From: Verrucomicrobiota bacterium
Lineage (GTDB): Bacteria; Chlamydiota; Chlamydiia; Chlamydiales; JAFEGQ01
Assembly (NCBI GenBank): GCA_018239785.1
Contig: JAFEGQ010000062.1
Location: forward strand, 1-35,827
Direction of reading: 5' to 3'
Length of the DNA stretch: 35,827 nucleotides
Part shown: positions 1-7,978 of the stretch, in pieces
Position numbering within the stretch: position 1 is the first letter of the stretch
Layout: every line of letters begins with the position of its first letter
The notes under the pieces: model-generated
The model's input: only the letters and a program-made list of their open reading frames with translations
Database searches by the model: none
What the model was told of the DNA's origin: nothing
Made by a program: the position numbers and the translations under genes

Positions 1-820
1 AAGGGTGTTTCCGCTCAGGGCGATATTGGGTGATCAGATCAATATGCTCTAAGAGCGCCTCTAAGGGGTCGTGGGAGAGAGGAGGGAGCCCCTGTAATGC
101 TCGCTCGATGTCGTGTCCAATCCAAGGCTGCCCCATCGCCCCCCTTGAACATAAGATGGTATCACACTCCGTATGGGCAAACATGTGGAGCGCCGACTCA
201 GGGTCGAAGATATCTCCATTGCCCCCCACCTTGATGGTCTTTGCGGCTTTTACAGCCTGCGCAATCACGTCGCGGTCTGCTTTCCCCTCATACCCTTGTT
301 GGCGGGTTCTGCCGTGGATGCTGATCATCTGAGCGCCCGCTGCTTCGGCAATCGAGACGATCGTTGAGGCATTGATAGAGCTGTGATCCCAACCGATCCG
401 AATTTTGACGGTTACGGGAATTTTAACGGCCGCGCACATGTTGGAGATGATCTCCCCGATCCGCTCGGGTTCTCGCAACAGGGCAGAGCCAGACCCATCC
501 TTAGTGACCTTGTCGACAGGGCAACCGCAGTTGAGGTCGACCACATCAAACCCCAAATCTTCAATGATTTTTGCACAAGGAGCCGCCAAGTCTTTGCGAC
601 TGCCCACAATTTGTGCGCCGATCGGATGCATTTCCTCGGTGTATTCGAGGTAGCTGAGCGTCTCTGGGACCTCTCGGACCAGCGCTTCCATTTTGACCAT
701 CTCACAAAAGACGAGGCCGCGGTGGCCGTGACGCCGCGCCATCAGCCGAAAAGGGACGTCGCTACACCCAGCTAGTGGGGAGTAGATAATTTTTGTTAAA
801 GGATGATTAGAAGCAGCCAT
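1..820 (-). CDS. dus: tRNA-dihydrouridine synthase (Dus family); C-terminal end runs off the window
   Basis: Absent from the supplied ORF track because it has no stop codon in the window. My minus-strand translation from the ATG at 820..818 reads MAASNHPLTKIIYSPLAGCSDVPFRLMARRHG...VDLNCGCPVDKV...VKIRIGW...SIHGRTRQQGY...GGNGDIF...SRGAMGQPW and stays open to position 2. These are typical Dus motifs. The plus-strand ORFs 30..332, 173..367 and 383..775 are shadows of it. Confidence 0.85.
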   Translation of the reverse strand, partial: MAASNHPLTKIIYSPLAGCSDVPFRLMARRHGHRGLVFCEMVKMEALVREVPETLSYLEYTEEMHPIGAQIVGSRKDLAAPCAKIIEDLGFDVVDLNCGCPVDKVTKDGSGSALLREPERIGEIISNMCAAVKIPVTVKIRIGWDHSSINASTIVSIAEAAGAQMISIHGRTRQQGYEGKADRDVIAQAVKAAKTIKVGGNGDIFDPESALHMFAHTECDTILCSRGAMGQPWIGHDIERALQGLPPLSHDPLEALLEHIDLITQYRPERKHP

Positions 821-1041
821 TCGAGGACAAATAGGGCTAAAAGGGCCACGGTGGGACTAAAATCGAGGCCTCCAATTGGGGGCACAATTTTACGAAAGGT
901 ATTGAGATACGGATCGGTCGCCTGCTTGACCGGCACCATCCACGCTTGATCATTCCACTGGGGAAACCAAGAGGCGAGGATGCGAATAAAAAGAAGAGTG
1001 ACATAAATATTAAAAAGCAAAGAGACAAGAGTTCTAATCAT
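796..1041 (-). CDS. yggT: YggT family small membrane protein
   Basis: 81 aa with two hydrophobic segments and a YGGT-like core (FRKIVPPIGGLDFSPTVALLALFVLE). Its 3' end overlaps the dus start by 25 nt. Confidence 0.7.
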   Translation of the reverse strand: MIRTLVSLLFNIYVTLLFIRILASWFPQWNDQAWMVPVKQATDPYLNTFRKIVPPIGGLDFSPTVALLALFVLEWLLLIIL

Positions 1042-1100
1042 AAGAAACAGGATAACAAAAAGGTGGTTTTTTGGGCGGTATATGCTAGCATTTCACCACA

Positions 1101-2477
1101 ATGGACATTGGAAATTCTCCTTTAATTGGGATCGAAATTTATAGAGAGCAGTTGCGCGCAGTGACGCTGAAGCGGCGTGGGAAAAAAACTTCTATCCATG
1201 AAGGGGTGGATCCAGGAGGGCTGATCATCTCTGCTCTAGCAAGTAGCGATGTGCTCGTGCGTCAGTTGTCGTTAAAGGTGAAAAACGAGAAAGAAATCGA
1301 TAAGGTGAGGGATTTTCAATTAGAACCTTTGCTCCCCCTTCCTATTGAGGAGACCTGTATTTGCCACAAGGTGGTTGAAAAGGGGGAGTCTGGAATTCAA
1401 CTGGCTCTGATCCTTGCCCCTAAAATCCGCGTTGCTGCCCATTTAGAGGCCCTCAAATCGCATGGGATAGACCCTGAGAGGATCAGCTGTGTTCCAGAAG
1501 CGCTCGCTCAATTCATTGCCGAATTTGCTCCGGGCGAGGAAATCCCCAGGGGGATTCTCCATTTGGGAGAGAGCGCGACAACGCTTTGCATCGTCAAAGA
1601 AGCTGTGGTCCTCGCTGCCCACTCTCTTGAGATGGGATCTAGAGATTTTGCCGAGGAGTCCATCGATAAAACTCAAGCGTTCAAGGCCGCCATTACAAAA
1701 AGCTTTCTCGCTCTCACTCGCAAAAAAGGGCAGCGCATTTCGCAACTTTTTGCAACAGGAGAGCTCCCCTCTTTCCCTCAGCTGCTCGAGGCTGCAAGTG
1801 AGGGGTTGGAAATGCCCTTTGTTCCCTTGCCCGATTCCCCCTCGTCGAAGATGGCAGTTCCTATCGGGCTTGTTTTAGGCGCATTAAAGGAAAAAAAGGG
1901 GATCGATTTTAGGCAAAAAGAGCTCTCCTATCGCCACCCTTTTTTGCGCATTCGGGGTCGCCTTTGCCTTTTTGGTGTGGCTCTCTTCTTAGCGTTCATC
2001 TCTCTCTGCTTTCTCGGGGAACAGGTCGTTAAGGTCAAAGAGCAAGAGGTCAGTCAAGAGTATTTGCGCCTCCTGCAGATCACGGGGGAAAAAGAATTAG
2101 TGCCTCTTCCCATCGATCAGATGCGCGCGCGCGCTTTAGAGATTCAAAAGTCTCAAGTGTCCAAAGTGGACCTTTATCCGCTTGTCCCCCGCATTCCCAC
2201 TGCAAGTGACGTGATCGCTGCCCTGGCGAGAGAAGAGGGAATTTATATCCAAAGCTTCGATTATCACTTAGTGCGGCGACCTGACCCGAGTAAGAAAAAT
2301 GATCCCTATCGGGTGCGTGTGGAGCTTGAGTTTTGCAGCGACACTCCCACGCATGCACGGGCTTTCCATGAAAAGCTTTTGGAGGGGCATCCGCTGCTCG
2401 ACCCAAAAAGCGAAGTGCGTTGGGTGGCGAACAAAGAGCGTTATAAAGTAGGATTCTTTCTCCGAAATGACTCGTAA
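1101..2477 (+). CDS. PilM/GspL-like actin-fold assembly protein fused to a TM segment and a periplasmic domain
   Basis: The N-terminal ~285 aa resemble PilM/GspL cytoplasmic domains (LIGIEIYREQLRAV..., QLEPLLPLPIEE, APKIRVAAHLEALKSHGIDPERISCVPEALAQF, ILHLGESATTLCIV). A single TM (LCLFGVALFLAFISLCFLG) is followed by a ~150-aa C-terminal domain. The family call rests on remembered motif similarity only. Confidence 0.5.
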   Translation: MDIGNSPLIGIEIYREQLRAVTLKRRGKKTSIHEGVDPGGLIISALASSDVLVRQLSLKVKNEKEIDKVRDFQLEPLLPLPIEETCICHKVVEKGESGIQLALILAPKIRVAAHLEALKSHGIDPERISCVPEALAQFIAEFAPGEEIPRGILHLGESATTLCIVKEAVVLAAHSLEMGSRDFAEESIDKTQAFKAAITKSFLALTRKKGQRISQLFATGELPSFPQLLEAASEGLEMPFVPLPDSPSSKMAVPIGLVLGALKEKKGIDFRQKELSYRHPFLRIRGRLCLFGVALFLAFISLCFLGEQVVKVKEQEVSQEYLRLLQITGEKELVPLPIDQMRARALEIQKSQVSKVDLYPLVPRIPTASDVIAALAREEGIYIQSFDYHLVRRPDPSKKNDPYRVRVELEFCSDTPTHARAFHEKLLEGHPLLDPKSEVRWVANKERYKVGFFLRNDS

Positions 2478-3069
2478 ATCTTTTAAGTTCTATCTTTTCT
2501 TAGGAGCCCTTCTTCCCCTGATGGGAGCGCTGTTTTTTTATGGGCAGAAGGTCAGCGATTGCAGCCGAGCCAAGGAGGAGGTGAGGGCGGTTGCAGATGT
2601 CTTGCGTCTCCAACAAAAACGGCAGCATCTCAATTTGTGCGCTCGCGCTACTTTTACGGGGGCAGATCATTTTTATATCGACAACCAACTCGAAACTCTC
2701 ACCTTGCTCAATCGGGAAGAAGAGGAGATCAAGTCCCTGTTAGCTGCTGAAAAGAGTCTCCCAGACAAAGCCATCTTGGAGAGGTTGAAGGTGCTGGGTA
2801 AAAACCGCCTCCACTTTTCAGAAGGGTCTGTCCAGACCTTTGGGGAGGTGACAGAAACTCTTGAAGAGCTTGTAGGGACTGTCGAGGTGAACGAGGAAGA
2901 TTTAATGCGCCTTTTGACTCATGTGGAGGGGGTCAGCTGGAGGGGAGAGGCACCTCCCGAGAAAAGACCTCAGCTTTTGATCACAGACCTCCATTTCGAC
3001 CGCAAAGAGCGAGGGGGCAGTGAGGTCTTTGAGCTGCGCCTAAAGTTTTTAAAACGGGAGTTTAGTTGA
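2467..3069 (+). CDS. single-pass membrane protein, possible GspM/PilO-like partner
   Basis: 200 aa with an N-terminal TM (FYLFLGALLPLMGALFFY). It overlaps the upstream gene by 11 nt, which suggests translational coupling. No recognisable catalytic motif. Confidence 0.4.
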   Translation: MTRKSFKFYLFLGALLPLMGALFFYGQKVSDCSRAKEEVRAVADVLRLQQKRQHLNLCARATFTGADHFYIDNQLETLTLLNREEEEIKSLLAAEKSLPDKAILERLKVLGKNRLHFSEGSVQTFGEVTETLEELVGTVEVNEEDLMRLLTHVEGVSWRGEAPPEKRPQLLITDLHFDRKERGGSEVFELRLKFLKREFS

Positions 3070-3071
3070 AG

Positions 3072-4169
3072 ATGAAGTGGTTAGTTGCTCTTGTTCTTTT
3101 GATGGGGTGTGTACGAGAGAGGCCAGCAGAGGAGCTGGTCAAGGTGAATATCATCGATCAAAATGGGATGAATGAGACCATTGCTGCAAAAGAGCGCTTA
3201 GCGAGATTCAAAGAGACCAACTTTCTCGCTCCTCAACCCTACAAAAAGGTTTTTCGGAGCTTCTCACCTCGAGAAGATGGCAAAACCCCTGCTGTGATCA
3301 CGAGCTATTACGCAAGTGGAGGGATTCACCAGCTGCTTCAAGTCGTCGATGGGAGGGCTTTTGGGGATTATTTTGAATGGCATCCCAATGGTCAGCAGAA
3401 GCTGCAGGCTTCTGTAGTAGGGGGCAGCGCCGATCTCGATGAAAGTGCTTTGCGCCAATTTGTCTTTGACGGCCCCTCTTCCATTTGGAATCAAGAGGGG
3501 CAACTGATCGCTTCCATGACCTACGCTCAAGGTGTTCTTGATGGGGAGACGCTGCTTTACTACGACACAGGAGCTGTGATGGGGAAAGAGCGTTACCAGC
3601 GCTCCTTACTAGAAACGGCGACCTATTGGAATGAAAAGGGGACGCAGATCGCTACGATTGAAAAAGGATTTGGGATCAAAGCTCTTCTTCAAAAAGAGGG
3701 GAATCTCATTCTTCAGCGCTATCAAGACGGGGAACCGCAAGGAGAAGAGCGGGAGTTAGATCGCAACGGGAATCTGATACGGATTTCCCACTATAAAGGG
3801 GGAGCAAAAGATGGGGAGGAGATCTTTTATTTTCCGACAAATGGCTCCCCTCGACTCAAAGTGCAGTGGAAATCTGGAGTGATGCAGGGCTTAGCCTGCA
3901 CTTGGTACCCTTGTGGTCAATTGCAAAGTCAACGGGAAATGTGCGGCAATCGAAAAGATGGAATGACGATGGCCTGGTTTGAAAATGGGGCATTGATGTT
4001 GATCGAAGAGTACCGCGCAGATCAGCTCGTGCGTGGGGAATACTACAACTTACGTGGGGGGCAACCTGTTTCTCGGATTGAGAAAGGGTGTGGAGATGCT
4101 ACTCTTTACGATCTTCACGGCAATTTTCTTCAAACCCTGACGTATATTGATGGGATTCCTACCGATTGA
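3072..4169 (+). CDS. MORN-variant (YwqK-like) repeat lipoprotein
   Basis: I prefer the ATG at 3072 to the track's TTG at 3066. The signal peptide has a lipobox (MKWLVALVLLMGC). The body carries repeated G-x-x-D/EG-x-x-x-x-Y/W units (DGRAFGDYFEWHPNGQ, LDGETLLYYDTG, KDGEEIFYFPTNG, MQGLACTWYPCGQ, KDGMTMAWFENG). Confidence 0.65.
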   Translation: MKWLVALVLLMGCVRERPAEELVKVNIIDQNGMNETIAAKERLARFKETNFLAPQPYKKVFRSFSPREDGKTPAVITSYYASGGIHQLLQVVDGRAFGDYFEWHPNGQQKLQASVVGGSADLDESALRQFVFDGPSSIWNQEGQLIASMTYAQGVLDGETLLYYDTGAVMGKERYQRSLLETATYWNEKGTQIATIEKGFGIKALLQKEGNLILQRYQDGEPQGEERELDRNGNLIRISHYKGGAKDGEEIFYFPTNGSPRLKVQWKSGVMQGLACTWYPCGQLQSQREMCGNRKDGMTMAWFENGALMLIEEYRADQLVRGEYYNLRGGQPVSRIEKGCGDATLYDLHGNFLQTLTYIDGIPTD

Positions 4170-4225
4170 CGAAAAGGCGACACCCCTTCACCCTAGGGGC
4201 TGATTAGAACAGAAGGAGATTCCCC

Positions 4226-5287
4226 ATGTCACAGCCTCAAGATAATGGTCGCAGAAAAGCGCTTGAACTCGCCGTCGCACACATCCAAAAGCAGTTTGGT
4301 GAGGGGGCGATCATGAGCTTGGGCCAACGCTCTGCCATGGGGGGAATGAGCACGATTCCTACAGGAGCCATCTCCCTGGATATCGCTCTAGGAATTGGGG
4401 GTGTTCCGCGTGGTCGGATTGTCGAGATCTACGGGCCAGAATCCTCTGGAAAGTCCACTTTAGCCACTCATATTGTTGCAAACGCCCAAAAGCGAGGGGG
4501 ATTGGCAGCGTACATCGACGTTGAACATGCTCTTGACCCTGGTTATGCGGCGAAAATTGGGGTGAATCTCAATGAATTGATGATTTCTCAGCCCGATAGT
4601 GGGGAAGAAGCGCTCCAAATTATGGAAGTTTTGGCGCGCTCTAACGCCGTCGATGTGGTCGTCATCGACTCTGTCGCAGCGTTAGTGCCGAAAAGTGAAC
4701 TCGAAGGGGAGATTGGCGATTCTTCTGTGGGATTGCAAGCGCGCTTGATGTCGCAAGCGTTGCGCAAGCTCACTTCGACGCTTGCCAAGAGCAATACCTG
4801 TGCGATTTTCATCAACCAAATTCGGGAAAAGATTGGGGTCATGTTTGGGAGCCCAGAGACGACCTCAGGAGGAAGAGCGCTGAAGTTCTACTCCTCTATT
4901 CGCTTAGACATCAGACGCATTGGAAGCATTAAAGGGGTTGGCAGTGATGCTGACGATATCGGCAATCGCGTCAAGGTGAAGATCGTCAAGAATAAGCTTG
5001 CCCCTCCTTTCCGCACTGCAGAGTTTGACATTCTCTTTGCTGTAGGGATTTCTCAGGAAGGGTCGTTGATCGACATTGGGTTAGACCAAGGGATCATTGA
5101 GAAAAAAGGGTCTTGGCTCAGCTATAAAGGGGAAAGGTTTCAAGGGCGCGAGACAATGCGCGCTGAGCTCCGAGCGAAGCCTGAGCTCTTTGCAGCGATT
5201 GAAGCGGAAATTCTCTCGAAAGATCCTAAAGAGCTTATCGACAAGCAAGCAGAGCCACTTCCGGTCGAAGAGATGGCAGAAGTTTAA
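4226..5287 (+). CDS. recA: recombinase RecA
   Basis: 353 aa with Walker [10 protein letters not shown], the RecA signatures [12 protein letters not shown] and [30 protein letters not shown], and an AAGGAG RBS upstream. Confidence 0.97.
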   Translation: MSQPQDNGRRKALELAVAHIQKQFGEGAIMSLGQRSAMGGMSTIPTGAISLDIALGIGGVPRGRIVEIYGPESSGKSTLATHIVANAQKRGGLAAYIDVEHALDPGYAAKIGVNLNELMISQPDSGEEALQIMEVLARSNAVDVVVIDSVAALVPKSELEGEIGDSSVGLQARLMSQALRKLTSTLAKSNTCAIFINQIREKIGVMFGSPETTSGGRALKFYSSIRLDIRRIGSIKGVGSDADDIGNRVKVKIVKNKLAPPFRTAEFDILFAVGISQEGSLIDIGLDQGIIEKKGSWLSYKGERFQGRETMRAELRAKPELFAAIEAEILSKDPKELIDKQAEPLPVEEMAEV

Positions 5288-5357
5288 CATTTCACATGCC
5301 ACCGCTAAAGTCGGGGCATGTGCAAGAAAATTTCGCTAGCCACAGGTGTCTGCTTTT

Positions 5358-6149
5358 TCAGTGCAGCAAATGAGAGAAACCGAGCTCTTGAGCTAATCTT
5401 CGAAATAGGGTTAGCTCCTCTGCAATTTTCTCTTCGACCCATTTTCGCCCAAAGAAGGTACAGCCGTTAGGGGCCCCCTTCTTTTGGTCCGATTCTGCGT
5501 CGTCGAGGTCATCAGAGAGCTGAAAGATCCGGCCAAAAGAGCGCGCTGCTTGCTTAACTTCGATGATTTGTTGCTGATCGGATGAGCGGCTGAGCCACCC
5601 TAAGACAAAAGCGCTTTCAAACAGAGCTCCCGTTTTTCGATCGATGAGCTCAAGAAAGTTCTCCTTATCAGGAACGTCTAAATTAATATCTATGTATTGA
5701 CCGCCTGTCACTCCTTGTAATCCAAGAGCAAGAGAGATTTCGAGAAGGGCCCGTTGACAACTAGCGGGATGTTCCATCTGACTTAAGCTCTCATAGCCCT
5801 CTGCAATGAGCGCATAGGAGGCCAAGAGGGCCGTTTCTTCGTCAAAAGCGATATGGAGGGAAGGGCGATTGCGGCGCATGGCGTCATTGTCCATGCAAGG
5901 AAGGTCGTCAGCGATCAAAGAGGCCGTATGGAGGAATTCGACGCAAAGAGCTGCAGGCGCTCCCTGTTTCCCGCCAATCATAAGGACAATAGAGGGGCGG
6001 ATGCGCTTGCCTTCGCCGCAAAGGGCGTAAGCGCAGGCTTCGACGAGCCGTTTAGGCCCCTTAAAGCGAGAGATAGCCTCTCGAATTAACTCCTCAGTCT
6101 GTTGTCGGAAAGGTTCAAGTGAGTGAAAAATTAAAGACATTTCGCTCAA
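5358..6149 (-). CDS. short-chain polyprenyl diphosphate synthase (FPP/GGPP synthase family)
   Basis: 263 aa with a first Asp-rich motif LIADDLPCMDNDAMRRNRPSLH and a second FQLSDDLDD. Confidence 0.8.
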   Translation of the reverse strand: MSEMSLIFHSLEPFRQQTEELIREAISRFKGPKRLVEACAYALCGEGKRIRPSIVLMIGGKQGAPAALCVEFLHTASLIADDLPCMDNDAMRRNRPSLHIAFDEETALLASYALIAEGYESLSQMEHPASCQRALLEISLALGLQGVTGGQYIDINLDVPDKENFLELIDRKTGALFESAFVLGWLSRSSDQQQIIEVKQAARSFGRIFQLSDDLDDAESDQKKGAPNGCTFFGRKWVEEKIAEELTLFRRLAQELGFSHLLH

Positions 6150-6215
6150 ATATACAGCTTTCCATGATTTTCACCCTAATGGTAAATCTGGGTTGATACA
6201 AGGGTGTAGAATTTT

Positions 6216-6300
6216 TTGATCACAAAAAAGAGGACAATCGCGTTTGTCATTTTCTTAGGAATCGTCAGCCTTTTCGGGGACATGACCTATGAAGGTCTCC
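6216..6300 (+). pseudogene. N-terminal remnant of an MFS-type transporter gene
   Basis: A short open frame reads (L)ITKKRTIAFVIFLGIVSLFGDMTYEG, which resembles the first TM helix and the FGDMTYEG motif of one MFS subfamily. After that it loses similarity and stops. It abuts the 3' end of the decayed CPT-like gene. Confidence 0.3.
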
Positions 6301-6314
6301 CATCAATTTTGAGG

Positions 6315-6902
6315 CTAAGTAAGAGAGGCAAAAGCCATAATCTTTTCAGCAGCTTCTCTAGGTGAGGAAACATGCGTCTCTATTCTTAAGTCATACGCGA
6401 TATCGACATGGACCTTGTGAAACTGTCCTCTTGCAGACCCTAAGATGCGATTCCCTCGTTCTCTTTCTCTCTGTTCTAAAATAGCAAGAGGGGCGCTGAC
6501 TCCCACCCATAGAACTTGGAAATTTTTTAATGTCTCTTTCCACTCTTCTATATACTGTTTGCTGTAAGCAACGTCATCGATAATCAAAGGATGTCCCATG
6601 TTTGCAAGGAGGAGAGCGACTTCTCGAAATGTTGCGTTGATTTTCTCAGCATAACGGCCAACTTGCAGTTCATAAATCAGGTTGCCAGCTATACCCAATT
6701 AGCTTCAAGAATTGGTTTTCTACCCAGGAGCTGTTCCTTCCCCTGTCCAATCATTCAATTTTTCTGGCATCCATCCAATGATCTTGTCGATGCCGATATG
6801 TAGGAAAGGTTCTTCAAGCGCATGTTGCAAAGCTTTTGCAAGTGTTGTCTTGCCGCTACTCGATGGTCCATTGAGAAAAATGATTTGAGGTGCTGTGCCC
6901 AC
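6315..6902 (-). pseudogene. chloramphenicol phosphotransferase-like (CPT) P-loop kinase, disrupted
   Basis: Track ORFs 6720..6902 (P-loop IIFLNGPSSSGKTT) and 6315..6698 (LIIDDV...VLWVGVSAPLAILEQRERERGNR) are in the same frame and together span a full-length CPT-like protein. They are separated by TAG, TGA and TAA within 9 codons (6699..6722). A different frame (SSWVENQFLKLIGYSWQ) is open across exactly this stretch. Confidence 0.65.
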
Positions 6903-6914
6903 TAGAGAAAAACG

Positions 6915-7559
6915 CTACTTCTTCACAAGCTGGTTGGCGGGAATTACTCCACTGACATTAAGGCAGGGAGCAATAAAGGTCCCTTTGCCAATCACCGTCC
7001 CTGGATTGGTCACCACATTGCAGCCAAGCTGCCCTTTATCCCCTAAGATGAGCCCCAGCTTCCTTCTCTTGGTGTCGATCCCCGCAATGAGCACATGGGC
7101 GTCGTCAAAACGCACATTCGCCCCTTTTGCTCCCGCCCCTAAGTTGGTCCCATTGCCTAAGATGGAATCTCCCAAGTAGTTAAAATGAGCTGCTTGAGCC
7201 GAATCGAGCAAAATAGAGCCTTTAATTTCGGTGCCGTGCCCAACGACGCAGTTGTCCCCCATCACCACAGAGCCTCGCAAGTAACAGCCGCGGCGAATGA
7301 GGCAATCGCGCCCAATAATACAGGGCCCCTGAATGTAGGCTCCTGGTTCAACAGTCGTTCCGGGTCCAATAGAGATGAGCTCTGGGTGGAGGAGGAGGGC
7401 TTCTGGAGAGACATCTCCCTCAATTTTGCCGAAAAGATTCTTGTACAAAAAGTTTTTTAGGTTGTCGAGAGCTTCCCAAACATACGTACAACCATTGAAC
7501 AGCTCTTGATGCGCGTAATGGGTCAGATCGAAGAAGGTTTCTGGGGTGAACGGCTCCAT
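6915..7559 (-). CDS. left-handed beta-helix (hexapeptide repeat) transferase, GlmU C-terminal-like
   Basis: 214 aa with successive hexapeptide-type turns (IGPGTTVEPGAYIQGPCIIGRDCLIRRGCYLRGSVVMGDNCVVGHGTEIKGSIL..., LGDSILGNGTNLGAGA). Confidence 0.6.
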   Translation of the reverse strand: MEPFTPETFFDLTHYAHQELFNGCTYVWEALDNLKNFLYKNLFGKIEGDVSPEALLLHPELISIGPGTTVEPGAYIQGPCIIGRDCLIRRGCYLRGSVVMGDNCVVGHGTEIKGSILLDSAQAAHFNYLGDSILGNGTNLGAGAKGANVRFDDAHVLIAGIDTKRRKLGLILGDKGQLGCNVVTNPGTVIGKGTFIAPCLNVSGVIPANQLVKK

Positions 7560-7674
7560 AAGATGAATATACTCAAGTAGGGAGATAATTTCTCTTCTTC
7601 TTTAGGTGGTGTGGAAATGTTGATGAGGAGTGAATCCATCTTATCCCTGTGAAGAGAGCGGGAGATGTGGAGGG

Positions 7675-7797
7675 TTGTCGACAACTTGAGAGTCCCCTGT
7701 TCATAAGCGCTAGGTTATTGACTTTCGGGGACTTGTCGACAAAGTTATCGAACGGCTATCGACAGGTATCGACTGAGTTATTGACGAGTTTTCCACA
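7675..7797. promoter_or_regulatory. array of T(T/A)TCGAC-type 9-mers (DnaA-box-like) including two TTGTCGACAA palindromes
   Basis: TTGTCGACAA occurs at 7675-7684 and 7733-7742, and GTTATTGAC at 7714-7722 and 7777-7785. TATCGA(C/A) cores start at 7746, 7757 and 7767, and TTTTCCACA lies at 7789-7797. From 7734 the core starts are 12, 11, 10, 12 and 11 bp apart. The array lies in the 419-bp divergent intergenic region between the LbH gene and mutL. Confidence 0.5.
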
Positions 7798-7978
7798 TTG
7801 AAGACCAGGAAAAAGAGGGGGATAAGATTTTTCGTTTTTCTCTGTGCTCTCTGTGTGTCCTCTGTGGTAAAAATCTTATTTTCTTATTTATGAGTAAAAA
7901 TATGTTGGGAAATGCTGCAGCCTAGCGTTCGTTTTTCACCTTTTTTATTCTGCGAAATTGAGGTAGATTAACTCTCTT

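Noticed and set aside
383-775. Plus-strand ORFs 30..332, 173..367, 383..775 and 405..653, and minus-strand ORF 412..705
   Set aside because: All overlap the clearly recognisable minus-strand dus reading frame. They are shadow or off-frame ORFs.
5293-5322. Hairpin CACATGCC-N14-GGCATGTG between convergent recA and the polyprenyl synthase gene, considered as a bidirectional intrinsic terminator
   Set aside because: The stem is only 8 bp with a large loop, and there is no U-tract on either strand. This is not enough for a terminator call.
7606-7797. Calling the mutL-upstream region the chromosomal origin outright
   Set aside because: Only one box fits the relaxed DnaA consensus, dnaA and dnaN are not nearby, and GC skew cannot be computed on one window. 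I kept it as a hypothesis in the findings, not as an annotated oriC.
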